A stretch of DNA of 64,000 bases from Candidatus Delongbacteria bacterium (GTDB taxonomy: Bacteria > CAIWAD01), in the NCBI GenBank assembly GCA_963663545.1, contig OY760505.1, forward strand, positions 320,001 through 384,000, written 5' to 3'. The first letter of the stretch is position 1; every line of letters starts with the position of its first letter. The notes below the pieces were generated by a model, which was given only the letters and a program-made list of their open reading frames with translations, did no database searches and was not told the origin of the DNA. The position numbers and the translations under genes were made by a program. Shown in pieces: positions 21,277-32,200 of the stretch.

Positions 21277-21479
21277 AGCGAATGAATGAATCAGTCGGCT
21301 CTCCGTGCATTAGAACTACGCTGTGGTGGCTGTGTGACCACCTCTCGACCCTAGAGTAATACAGTGTTTTGCCATGCACAAGGCTTATTTGTCTTGCGTA
21401 TCACCTTGCGCCCTCTTCTATCGTGTGACACAAAAGGAGGCGAAATTCTATCAAGTACTGCTGCGATATAGGACGGAGC

Positions 21480-21569
21480 TCAGCGCTCGCCCTCGTAGGC
21501 AGCCAGCACGCCCTTGCGGTACTCCTGCCAGCGGCCCTGCTGAAGGGCCAGACGGGCGTCGCGCAACGC
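21480..21569 (-). repeat. Displaced copy of the tgt 3' end (copy 2, hybrid)
   Basis: Encodes [29 protein letters not shown]; last ~30 nt identical to the present tgt end. Confidence 0.85.
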
Positions 21570-24140
21570 CTATTTTAGCAACAAAACCTTCCTTGTCTGC
21601 GCCACATCCTCTGTGCGCAAGGTGATGAAGTAAACGCCGCTGGCCAGCGCTTGGCCATCAAAGCGAACCTGATGCTCGCCGGGCATGAAATCCCCTTCGG
21701 CCAAATCGGCCACAAGCTGCCCGCACAGGTTGTAGGCGGAAAGACGCAGATGCGTGGGTGCCTGTATGACAAAGGGAATCGTCGTTACCGGATTGAAGGG
21801 ATTGGGATACGCGTCACCCAGTGTCGGCGAGGCGGGAAGCGTGGCCGCCTTGAGCGGCGGCACCGCCAGCCAGGGATCACCCGGAGCCAGCGGACCGCCG
21901 GTGTAACCGATATCACAGCGCAGGCCGCCCAGCCCGGGCCACAGGGCAATAGCGGGAATCTCGCTATCGGGAAGATCCTGCCAGCTAGGATCTGGATCGC
22001 CCGCATCCACACAGGGCGAGTTGCTCGCTAGATACGGCACACCACGCTGCTCATCGAAGCGCGCGTCGGCCACCACGAAATTACCTTCGCCGGGCTGCGC
22101 CTCCTGCAAACAACTATAGGTGAATGGCGGCGTGTATTCATCGCCGTAGTACCATTCATGCAGCTCGTGCCCCAAGCTGATATAGCTGCAATTGTTCACC
22201 AGGATGTTGCGCCATACCGAATACCTTGGGCGAATTCGAATATTGTACGTGTTGCTCTCCTGCGTGAGGAACTTGGTGTTGCAGTCCACCAAAGTGACGT
22301 TTTCCACATGAACGCTATCGCTACTGACAACAAGTGGATCCTGCTCGCCGATATCGTAGGCTACGCCAGGAAAGATTCTTAGCGTATCTGTGTTCTGAAT
22401 CAGAACGTTTTGCACCCGGGCAAAACAGACAGAATCGTAGGGTGCGGGAATTCCTGAAGCACGCAGAGCATAGCGGTTGTTGTCGATGTATTGACAATTG
22501 CGCACCGTCAAACGCCTGGCTGAAAACTCGCTGGCGCCGTCGTCATTGTCCACAAACAGGCAGTCCTCCACCAGCATGTCGCCCTTTGACAAGCCCAGCA
22601 TCTGACGAGCACCAGCGGACACCGTGCTGCCAACGTGCACTAGGCGCAAATTCGGGTCAAAGGGCCAGGTATATTCCATGTTCTCGTACCGGTTGTGTAG
22701 CACACGCAGATTGCGCAACTCGAGACGACAGGGATGGCAGTACGCATATACGGATATTGTAAGCACTCGAAATGGGCAACGGGTGCCACGGCTGAAGTAG
22801 TTGTAGGGGTCATCTAGGTCAATCACTTCATTGCCCTCACAAAGCAAGTCCTCAAAAACAAAGGTGCCTTCAGTATCTGAAAACTCTGCCTCTAACAGTG
22901 CTTTGCTAACAGCGTGCACTTCATGAAGCACGCCATCACCGTAATCGACCAAGTACTTCGGCGCAACGGAGGTGTTCCGGCAAAGCTCGCCATGACGCAG
23001 ATTCATCCGCCTAGTGGCCATAGCTCTGCCTGGACCGGCAGAGTACAAAGTGTCCTCATCTCCTGGATCAGTAACATTGTCGTTAAAACGAAAATTGCTC
23101 AATTCGCCAAGCCGCCCACCGACGATTCCGAGCAGGCGCCAGGATCTACTTGAACAACGTTCGAAGACCAGCCCGTCCACGGTGGTCATACTTTCGCTAT
23201 GGATCATTGCGCAGAAGCTCGCATCGTAGTTAAGCGGATCGTCCGAAACCGTGTTATCACTAATCTCAACATCTCGCACGCGCACATCCCGATCCGATGC
23301 AATGTTAAGAAGAGTTCTGTAGTTATGAATGTGCGTCATGCGCACGCCCTGCACATCAAGATCAAACTCGCTTCCCACACTAAACACATTATAGCCGGAG
23401 TTGCCGAAGAGGTGAAGATTGTGGAAGTCGACGTCTTCTACGCGAGTGTAGGTATCGCTGCTAAAGCTGAACGCTGTTCCCGCTACTGAATCACCAACCA
23501 TGCTGACATGGAAGTCACGGACTTCAAGGCTGTCCACAACGTAAATCCTCACATTCTGCCTGAAAGAAGGTGTTGTTTCCATATCATCGAGGACAACATG
23601 ACAGGCTTTGACGCGAGCAGCCCTGGGATACAAGCCTATATACTCACCATCAATCATGAAATAACCACCGATTGAATTGATATCAATGGCCGCAGATGAA
23701 CTCTGGGTACGATTCCAACGAAATCGCAGGTGCTCCAACTCCCCCTCTGACAACTCCCGAATGTGTATTCCACCGGCGAAATCGTGGGGTGGATCATCAG
23801 GACGCCTCATCCCCATGCCGTGCTGTATGGTAAAGCCCACAACGCGGCAGAAATGCGGATCTGTATTGCGAATAGTCAGCACGGTGCCCGTCAGTTCGCC
23901 ATCAAGCTGAGTTTCCAGAATGTCGGTGGTGTCGCCGCTGAACAGATAATTGGAGCACAGAGTCAGATCCCGGTCCGGCGTCACCAGATGAACCGGCCAG
24001 CAGCCACGGGCCACCAGCACCGTATCGCCAGGCTCGGTCTGGTCCAGGGCCTGCTGGAGATTGTCGATCTGGGAAGGGAACTCAAGAACAGCCGCACGGG
24101 CACAGAAGCAGCAAACAAGCAACAGCAGGTGGCGTATCAT
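21570..24140 (-). CDS. Secreted beta-helix-like protein with T9SS-type CTD (protein B, copy 1)
   Basis: Near-identical to 15753..18329 except one internal segment and a few small patches. Confidence 0.75.
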   Translation of the reverse strand: MIRHLLLLVCCFCARAAVLEFPSQIDNLQQALDQTEPGDTVLVARGCWPVHLVTPDRDLTLCSNYLFSGDTTDILETQLDGELTGTVLTIRNTDPHFCRVVGFTIQHGMGMRRPDDPPHDFAGGIHIRELSEGELEHLRFRWNRTQSSSAAIDINSIGGYFMIDGEYIGLYPRAARVKACHVVLDDMETTPSFRQNVRIYVVDSLEVRDFHVSMVGDSVAGTAFSFSSDTYTRVEDVDFHNLHLFGNSGYNVFSVGSEFDLDVQGVRMTHIHNYRTLLNIASDRDVRVRDVEISDNTVSDDPLNYDASFCAMIHSESMTTVDGLVFERCSSRSWRLLGIVGGRLGELSNFRFNDNVTDPGDEDTLYSAGPGRAMATRRMNLRHGELCRNTSVAPKYLVDYGDGVLHEVHAVSKALLEAEFSDTEGTFVFEDLLCEGNEVIDLDDPYNYFSRGTRCPFRVLTISVYAYCHPCRLELRNLRVLHNRYENMEYTWPFDPNLRLVHVGSTVSAGARQMLGLSKGDMLVEDCLFVDNDDGASEFSARRLTVRNCQYIDNNRYALRASGIPAPYDSVCFARVQNVLIQNTDTLRIFPGVAYDIGEQDPLVVSSDSVHVENVTLVDCNTKFLTQESNTYNIRIRPRYSVWRNILVNNCSYISLGHELHEWYYGDEYTPPFTYSCLQEAQPGEGNFVVADARFDEQRGVPYLASNSPCVDAGDPDPSWQDLPDSEIPAIALWPGLGGLRCDIGYTGGPLAPGDPWLAVPPLKAATLPASPTLGDAYPNPFNPVTTIPFVIQAPTHLRLSAYNLCGQLVADLAEGDFMPGEHQVRFDGQALASGVYFITLRTEDVAQTRKVLLLK

Positions 24141-24225
24141 GATCTCTCCTCCTTGCACTCTCTCGCAACTAAAGGGAAAGCGCGGCCGCCGCACGAAGCG
24201 GCGACCGCATCAAGTATCACCTCAG

Positions 24226-27066
24226 TTACTTGACCATCAGCATTTTCTGCATGGCCAACTGACCGCCACCGGCGGCGCGCACCAAATAGCAACCAGAGGC
24301 CAGGGCAGAGCCATCAAACTGGAACTGATGGCTGCCGGCTTCCAGGTGTCCCTGGTGCAGGGTGCTCACAAGCTGTCCCTGCAGGTTGTACACCTCGACC
24401 GTCAGGGTCTGGGCAGTATTCACCTGTAGAGTGATGCTTGTTGTCGGGTTGAAGGGATTGGGATAGACCTCGGCCAACTGGAATGCCGTAGGCTGTGCAG
24501 CACGGTTTCCCGTCTCGTGTTCCGAAGTGGACAGAGGCTGGTACCCAAGCAAGTTCTGCACGGCTTCCTGCTGCCGCTGCGCTTCGTGTCCACCAAGGCT
24601 GCTGGTGCCACCCACGGCGGGGTAGGTGGCAATCTCAAGCAGGGCCAGAGTTGCTGTTTCCACCGCGGCCTCGTTTGCCCCCTCAAGAAGGACGGCCTGC
24701 AAATTGGCGCGGGCTCCTTCGATATCGCCGGCACGGGCCAGCACGCACTGGGCAGCGCTGTACTGCATGGCGGCCTGCCAGCTCAGATCGGCCTCAGCGG
24801 AGCCCACTGCGGCAGCTTCAAGAGTGCTGGCAATGGCAAGCTTCTCATCGGACTGATACTTACCCAGCTCCTTCAGTCGACTGGCGGCTTCAGCCGCGTA
24901 CTTCGACTGAGGATAGAGCAGCACCAGCTCGGAATAGTACCATACGGCATCCGAGCTAAGACCCAGCTCTTCTGCTCCATTGCCGTCGTCCCACAGCTTC
25001 ACATCGTCGATATTGCCGTTGGCATCGGGACAGAAGGGGACATAATTCAGGGTGGGACCCCAGAAGCCGATGCACAGGCTGCCATCGGCATAAGCGGGGA
25101 TTTCTCCATTTGGATTGTGATCTAGAATGCTGCAGTCGGGAATCGAAGCATTCTGGTCTGCACCCCAGAAATTGTTGCGCCAGTAAAGAGAGACAGGATC
25201 CGGGGATTCGGAGTAGAAAAAGCGTGAACCGGCATAGGACCAATCGCGGTTGGCAAAGCCGTTGTAGCCACAGTCCATCAGGGTGTGACCCAGGATCTCG
25301 TGCACCAGACAATCGACATCGTGTACTTCTACAGAAAAGCCATTGCAGCCTTCATCGCTCATATCCGTGGCATTGCAGAGCAGTCCCAGTTGAAGCTCCT
25401 CGCCTCCCGTAAAGGTGTTGCGCAGCATGCGCGTGGCACCATTGCTGAGTTGCGCAATGGGGCGATCTGCATAGCTTTCACTGCAATTGAAGTCGCAGTC
25501 AATGAGGCTAGTGTTCGTTCCGCATAGTGCATACAGTGGGTAGTAGTTACCGGCGGGGGTCTGGTTTTCAACAAAGCTGCAATTTTTCACTCGTAGCTTG
25601 CCGCCCAGCACAAGGGCCACTGAACGAACGCCTATCTTGTTGTACATGTAAGGCGTATCCAAGAACTGGTTATGCCCATTATCATCAAAATAGAAGTCCC
25701 TGAGAGTGCCCGCAACGTCAACGAAGTGCAGGTTGGCGTGGCCCAGATTGGCCAGCTGCAGGTTCTCATCTTCGGCGTCCTTGCTGCCCACCAAGCTCAG
25801 GTTCTTCATGTACCCAAAGGAGAACGCAGTGCTGGGGGCCACATTCAGCAGAAGGCCGTGAATCGTCGCATTGCTGCGAGTAGAGGTATTGCCGCGCACA
25901 CTGAAGTAGTTGCCTGCAACCAAGTTGTTACCGTTGAAGTTGCCACCAACAAAGGCCACACGGGGCTTGCCGCTTTCGCCAATGACAATATCGCCGCTCG
26001 TATTCAAATAGGTATTGGCACCTGCGGAGGTCACGCGGAGCACCACATCCGACTTGATCTGCATTCCCGTCGGAAATACATGAGTCGTCTGAGTGTCTAC
26101 GGTGTACCAACCGGGCTTCACCTGCTCGCCCTGGAAGGACTCGCTGATCGGGCGCACAGGATACTTCTGCTTCCAACCAATGTCGGCGTAGCTCAGATCA
26201 AAATCGCGAGGGAAGCTGGGATCACCGGCGTCTTCCAGCACGCTCTTGAAGCGGGGACGGTAGTCGTGGTTGGCCAGGCTGGTGAAGCCGAGGTCTGCAG
26301 TTGAGAAAGAATGCACTGCGCCCATTCTAGAGAAACCACCATCAGTAGCGATGTAGTCCGCATTCAGGATACCACCACAATCAATGTAAATTGACGATCC
26401 CGTTCCATAACGACGACTAAATACGCTGTTTCGAATGGTGGCATTTCCCGCCGATGAGACTACGGGCTCATAGCCATTTCCGTTGTAATCAAACGTGCAG
26501 CCGTTCATCGTAAGAGTTGACGTCTCGACAATGTACTTGTCAGGGGTTGGAGCACTATTCTGGTAAAACAGGCAGTTGTTCAGACAGAGCATACCTCCAT
26601 AAACGGCTCCATGACAAATGATCTGGTCACTCGACGTATTGTCATGAAACACACAGTCGCTTAACTCGAGGTAGTCACCTTCACTGTCGATAACCCTATT
26701 TTGAAAACCAGCAAAGGTTACGCCCTGCAACTTGAACGATGAGTTAAAGGCAATGGTGATATGACACGGGCTGTTAATGACGACGGCTCCATTATAGCTA
26801 TCCTCATAGTCGGCGGGCGTACCTGATACAGCACGGAACGTAACTTCGTAGCCACTGGCGACGAAGCCTGCCCCGGCATATGTTCCTGGGAAAACAAGGA
26901 TCTCACAATCGTCGGTCTGATCAAGAACCCAATTGTTTGCATCATCCAACGTTAGAAAGTCGTAGGTTTGGTCTCCACTTGGCCCCACGGTCCTGGTTGT
27001 GAGAGCCATTGATTGGACGGCCATACAGGACAAGCCGAGTACGGCCAGTACGAGTGTGTTTTTCAT
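24226..27066 (-). CDS. Secreted beta-helix plus TPR-like protein with T9SS-type CTD (protein A, copy 1)
   Basis: MKNTLVLAVLGL signal peptide after GGAG; C-terminal ~690 aa near-identical to copy 2. Confidence 0.75.
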   Translation of the reverse strand: MKNTLVLAVLGLSCMAVQSMALTTRTVGPSGDQTYDFLTLDDANNWVLDQTDDCEILVFPGTYAGAGFVASGYEVTFRAVSGTPADYEDSYNGAVVINSPCHITIAFNSSFKLQGVTFAGFQNRVIDSEGDYLELSDCVFHDNTSSDQIICHGAVYGGMLCLNNCLFYQNSAPTPDKYIVETSTLTMNGCTFDYNGNGYEPVVSSAGNATIRNSVFSRRYGTGSSIYIDCGGILNADYIATDGGFSRMGAVHSFSTADLGFTSLANHDYRPRFKSVLEDAGDPSFPRDFDLSYADIGWKQKYPVRPISESFQGEQVKPGWYTVDTQTTHVFPTGMQIKSDVVLRVTSAGANTYLNTSGDIVIGESGKPRVAFVGGNFNGNNLVAGNYFSVRGNTSTRSNATIHGLLLNVAPSTAFSFGYMKNLSLVGSKDAEDENLQLANLGHANLHFVDVAGTLRDFYFDDNGHNQFLDTPYMYNKIGVRSVALVLGGKLRVKNCSFVENQTPAGNYYPLYALCGTNTSLIDCDFNCSESYADRPIAQLSNGATRMLRNTFTGGEELQLGLLCNATDMSDEGCNGFSVEVHDVDCLVHEILGHTLMDCGYNGFANRDWSYAGSRFFYSESPDPVSLYWRNNFWGADQNASIPDCSILDHNPNGEIPAYADGSLCIGFWGPTLNYVPFCPDANGNIDDVKLWDDGNGAEELGLSSDAVWYYSELVLLYPQSKYAAEAASRLKELGKYQSDEKLAIASTLEAAAVGSAEADLSWQAAMQYSAAQCVLARAGDIEGARANLQAVLLEGANEAAVETATLALLEIATYPAVGGTSSLGGHEAQRQQEAVQNLLGYQPLSTSEHETGNRAAQPTAFQLAEVYPNPFNPTTSITLQVNTAQTLTVEVYNLQGQLVSTLHQGHLEAGSHQFQFDGSALASGCYLVRAAGGGQLAMQKMLMVK

Positions 27067-27360
27067 GCTGTTCTCCAAATCATCTCTTGTGTTGCTGTGG
27101 TGGCTGTGCTACCACCTCTCGCGGGACAGGATAGTACAGATTCCGGCGTGGCGCAACAGAAATCTGTTCTTATTCAAATTCTCACACACTCTGCCAAAGC
27201 GTACCTTTCAAAACCTGTACGTCATGAATTCTGCTATGTGATCTGTTCCATCTTGCAGACTATCCAATTGCCCCCTTCATTACCTTCAGCTCGAGTACAG
27301 CGCGTTGGTCGCGGTGACCGAACATGAATATCCATCTTTTCCGCTGCACAATGAAGCAGC

Positions 27361-28518
<1,158 letters not shown>

Positions 28519-28564
28519 TCAATTGGGCTGTCAAGGTAAGGAAGAAGGAGCGTGCGCGCAGTGG

Positions 28565-28598
28565 AAAAAGCAAAAGCCCGCCGGGCAAGACGGGCTTT
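28565..28598 (-). terminator. Intrinsic terminator
   Basis: Minus strand aaagcccgtcttgcccggcgggcttttgcttttt. Confidence 0.7.
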
Positions 28599-28696
28599 CA
28601 TCTCCTGGACACTTGGTCCCCTAGGGCAAACCGAAAGGGCACATCAGTAGTAGCGGCTACCGATGACCGCAGGTGTCGCACTTCGTCGGATTCCAT
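28598..28696 (-). CDS. Putative 32-aa small protein (or sRNA) in its own transcription unit
   Basis: GGGGAG-cccaa-ATG; MESDEVRHLRSSVAATTDVPFRFALGDQVSRR*; stop abuts the terminator; sigma-54 motif upstream. Confidence 0.35.
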   Translation of the reverse strand: MESDEVRHLRSSVAATTDVPFRFALGDQVSRR

Positions 28697-28766
28697 TTGG
28701 GCTCCCCACAAGCACCAGAAGCCGATGAAAGGGGTTATTGCGACTCCCCGGTTCGCACACACCGAC

Positions 28767-28782
28767 AGCACGAATTGTGCCA
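28767..28782 (-). promoter_or_regulatory. Sigma-54 promoter candidate
   Basis: TGGCACAATTCGTGCT with correct GG-N10-GC spacing. Confidence 0.55.
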
Positions 28783-28859
28783 GAATCTACGCAGCTTGTG
28801 TTTTAAGCCTTTAGCGACTGTACAGGCCGCATCAGGAGCTGGAAATGCGTTCCAGTTGT

Positions 28860-29204
28860 TCAAAACCCGACAGGCGCCATGTCGCCGTGGTCGGCGCCCG
28901 GCTGCCACATGGCCAAAGACATGTCCACTTGGTGCGCCGAACGCAAGGGGACGTCCTCTTCCCACAAGCGCGCGAACTGCTCCTCCTGCCCATCCACACC
29001 GGGCATCCGGCTGCGACCATCGGACGACAGCACGCGGTGCCAGGGGAGGTCCGGATCCGGCAAATGACTGCAGAACCAGGCGGCCAACCGCGCCTGTCCG
29101 GGCACACCGGCCAACTCGGCCAAACGGCCATAACTAAGGACCCTGCCGGTGGGGATGCTCTCCACCAGCAGGGTCATACGGTCAAGAATCGTCTTGCGGT
29201 CCAC
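28860..29204 (-). CDS. Alkyltransferase-like (ATL/YbaZ-type) O6-alkylguanine DNA-binding protein
   Basis: IPTGRVLSYG...LPWHRV (Trp replaces the catalytic Cys of PCHRV). Confidence 0.85.
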   Translation of the reverse strand: MDRKTILDRMTLLVESIPTGRVLSYGRLAELAGVPGQARLAAWFCSHLPDPDLPWHRVLSSDGRSRMPGVDGQEEQFARLWEEDVPLRSAHQVDMSLAMWQPGADHGDMAPVGF

Positions 29205-29217
29205 GAATACGTGCCTT

Positions 29218-32200
29218 CTATTTCAACAACAACAAGCGCTGCACTCGCATCTCACCCCCGACCTGCACACTGAGCAGATAGACACCGGAGGCAAGCATGG
29301 CACCGTCCACTTCCAGATCATGATCACCGGCGGCCAGGGTGCCTCGCAGGATCTCATGTACCAATTCACCGCGCAGGTTGTAGAGACGCGCGTGCACCTG
29401 CGACTGCTGTGGTAACGACAAGCTCAGGTGACACACGGGATTGAAGGGATTGGGATAGGGTGTTCCCAGGCGGAAAGCCTCCGGCGTGGCCAGCGGTGCA
29501 GCCACATCCAGTGCACCGTCCACCAGCGAGAGTTCGTCCACGTAGTAGCCGACGTTCAGCCCGTTGGTGTCGAAGTCGCTGAAAAGCCGGAAGCGAATGC
29601 GCAGCGTTTCCTCGCCCACAAACTCACCCAGCGAAATCTGGTTGTTGTGCCAGGTCGAACCACCCGTACGTGTGGCAACCGTGTTCCAGCTGCTGCCCTG
29701 ATCGGTGCTGACTTCAACAAACACAAAGTCGTCGTCCTGCTCGAGGAACCAGCATTCCCATAGCTCCAGACATACATCGTCGGGCGCGCCCACCAGACAG
29801 AAGTCGTAGTCCAGCTCAGCGGTGCTGTTATCGTTGGCACTGTAGAAGCCGGTGTCGCTGGTCCCCAGTGCCCACTCGCCCTCGTGCACACGCATATCCT
29901 GGGCGGTCCAGCCACCCTGTAGCGACCAAAACTCCGTCTGGTATTCGGGGAAGTTGTCGATGAACTGGTACTGCCCCAAGCTAATCTGCACCGTGTCGCT
30001 GTGACCCGCGTTCGGAATTTGTGCCTGATCATCGGCACCAAGACGGAAGAAGAGCTCGTCCTCGGTGGCTTCGTCCAGCGCAAGCTCGTAGGTCCAGACG
30101 CCAGCCTCTTCGTCACACTGCAAATCGGCGACAAACTCCCACTCGCTGCCGTTGCTGCTGCGTTCCAGCCAGACTTGGTTCACACCCAGATTGTCATAGG
30201 CTTCGGCTTGAATGTCGAAGCGGCCCGTGTGGCCGATGAGATCGTGCGGTGCTTCTACAAAAACGGTCACTGGCGGAGTGGTATCGGCGCCAACGCGGAA
30301 AGAGAACCAATCTTCACCCGCGGGCAGCGAACTGAAGAAGCCCACCGTATTGCTGACTTCCAGCCTGTAGTCGATGCTCTGGTCATTGAAGGGGCCAGGT
30401 ATGGCGGCGTGATACAAAAGTTGCGTGGAATCGGGCAACATCTCCACATCCTGAGTTTCACCGCCGTCCACGCGATAACGCAACAGGAAGGAGTCCACCG
30501 GAATGGCCGTGCTCAGCGTAGCATAAATCTCAAAGCTGGTTTGCGTCAGATCCTCGCTATCACAGAGGGGCTCGTGCTGGATGCTCGCAGGACTGGCAAA
30601 GCCCAGATACTGCAGATCGTCGATGTACCAGCCCGGCGCAGTCACCTCTCCATCCGAGAACAGATTGAAGCACAGGGCTACTTCATCTCCGGGTTCAACC
30701 AGCTCCGTCAGGTCCAGCACATCGCGCACCCAACCATCGCTGTAACCGTTGAAAGCGGGAACATAGGACCAGATATTGCTCTCCGGCGTTGTGAAATCGT
30801 AGCCATCAACAGGTGTGATATTCTGCCAAGGACCTTCATTGATGGAAATCTGGCAGTTGGCACCATCCCAACCCTCTTCGATAGCGTACCAGTGGTGGAA
30901 GTGAATGATCGCGCGCTGGTCGCTCTCAACGACCTGGGATGGGAAAATGAGCTGATGCAGCGAGAAGTCCTCGTAGTGACCGCTGAGATTGGTCGCCCAA
31001 ACCCGGTCTCCCGAGTGCGCTCCCCAAGGTCCGCTTTGCGGTTCACCCCAGGCCCAGACGCCATCACCCTCGGCGGCACCGTCCTCGTCTTCAAAATCAA
31101 GCAGCAAGCCATCCGCGTAGCCATAAGTGACCCTATAGACGCTTTCCGGCGCATCTGCAGGCAAGCGCAACACTTGGTCCAGTGAGTTCAGCACATCCAA
31201 ATAGAGACTGACCATCGTACCGAGAGCTTGACCGGGCAGTACGCCCTCCCAGCCGTCCTCCAGCTGGACACAGGGCGTGTACTGCGTGTCGGCGTCGCTG
31301 GTCCACCATACAAGCTGAATGCCCTCTGGTTGCAGGATGGTGGGCAGGCTGAGCTGCACGTGTAGCGGCAGGTCCTCCATTGGCATCTGGAAGAAGGGCA
31401 CATCATCCTCGACATAGAGCTCAGCGCCGATCCAGGCGAGATCCGTGCCAATACCATGGTTGTTGAAGGCCTCGTTCAACTGTGCGAAGTGTGGCGTCAA
31501 GTTGCCCAGGTCGCCGTCGTCATCATCCACCACCAACACTTCGAGAAAGTAATCGAAGTAGCAGCGGCCAAGGTCCACATCGTCAGCGGTTCCCCAACGG
31601 GCAAAGTGCACCAAGTTGCTGATCAGGTCAATGTCACCGGTCAGCAGGCGCGCATCCCAGATGGCGCCACCCATGAAGCGTCCATCGGCGTGGCTCTCGC
31701 CTTGCATGTCTTCGGGATAGTGCAGCGTGTTGCTCAAGTCGCGTAGCGCCCATCCGGGAGCAACATAGTCCACGTCCATCTGCAACACGGCAGTCGCGTC
31801 GGCCAAGCCCTCGTGAAGTGAAGCATTGGCCATGCCACCTACGCCCGCCTGCTGGTAGACGCGATCGTTGATCCCGTGACCATACTCGTGATACAACACT
31901 CCCGCAAGCTGCGCCGTGTTGGGGCAGCCGCCGCCTTCACGATAGAAATTGATGGAGCTGCCATCCCAATAGGCATTGCATGTAGCATTGATGTTGACGT
32001 TTACCGGCAGGCTGGAGTCGAGCAGGGTGAAGCTGGAATCCATGTCCTTGATGTACTTGTGTACGCGGTTGGTGGACGCGTAGCCGTCCAGCTCGGCAAT
32101 GTGCGCGTCGTCTTCGGTGAGGGTAAACACCTGGCCATCTGCGCTGAGCTGCGAAGTAAAATCCGCATCGGCACCGTCCGTGCGATTGGCGTCGGCATAG

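Noticed and set aside
21360-21375. Sigma-54 promoter before protein A copy 2 (TGGCAAAACACTGTA)
   Set aside because: The -12 element is GT rather than GC, and there is no convincing equivalent before copy 1
21480-21572. Amber readthrough appending the Tgt tail to protein B (the fragment is in frame after TAG)
   Set aside because: One-in-three chance; it would mask the terminal CTD signal, and no recoding signal is evident
28616-28670. c-di-GMP-I riboswitch-like string on the + strand (agggcaaaccgaaaggg...tagcggctaccgatg)
   Set aside because: The P2 stem is too short, the P3 and tetraloop-receptor elements are absent, and there is no downstream + strand gene
28860-29204. Inactivated MGMT (Cys to Trp) as a novelty
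   Set aside because: PWHRV defines the well-described ATL family
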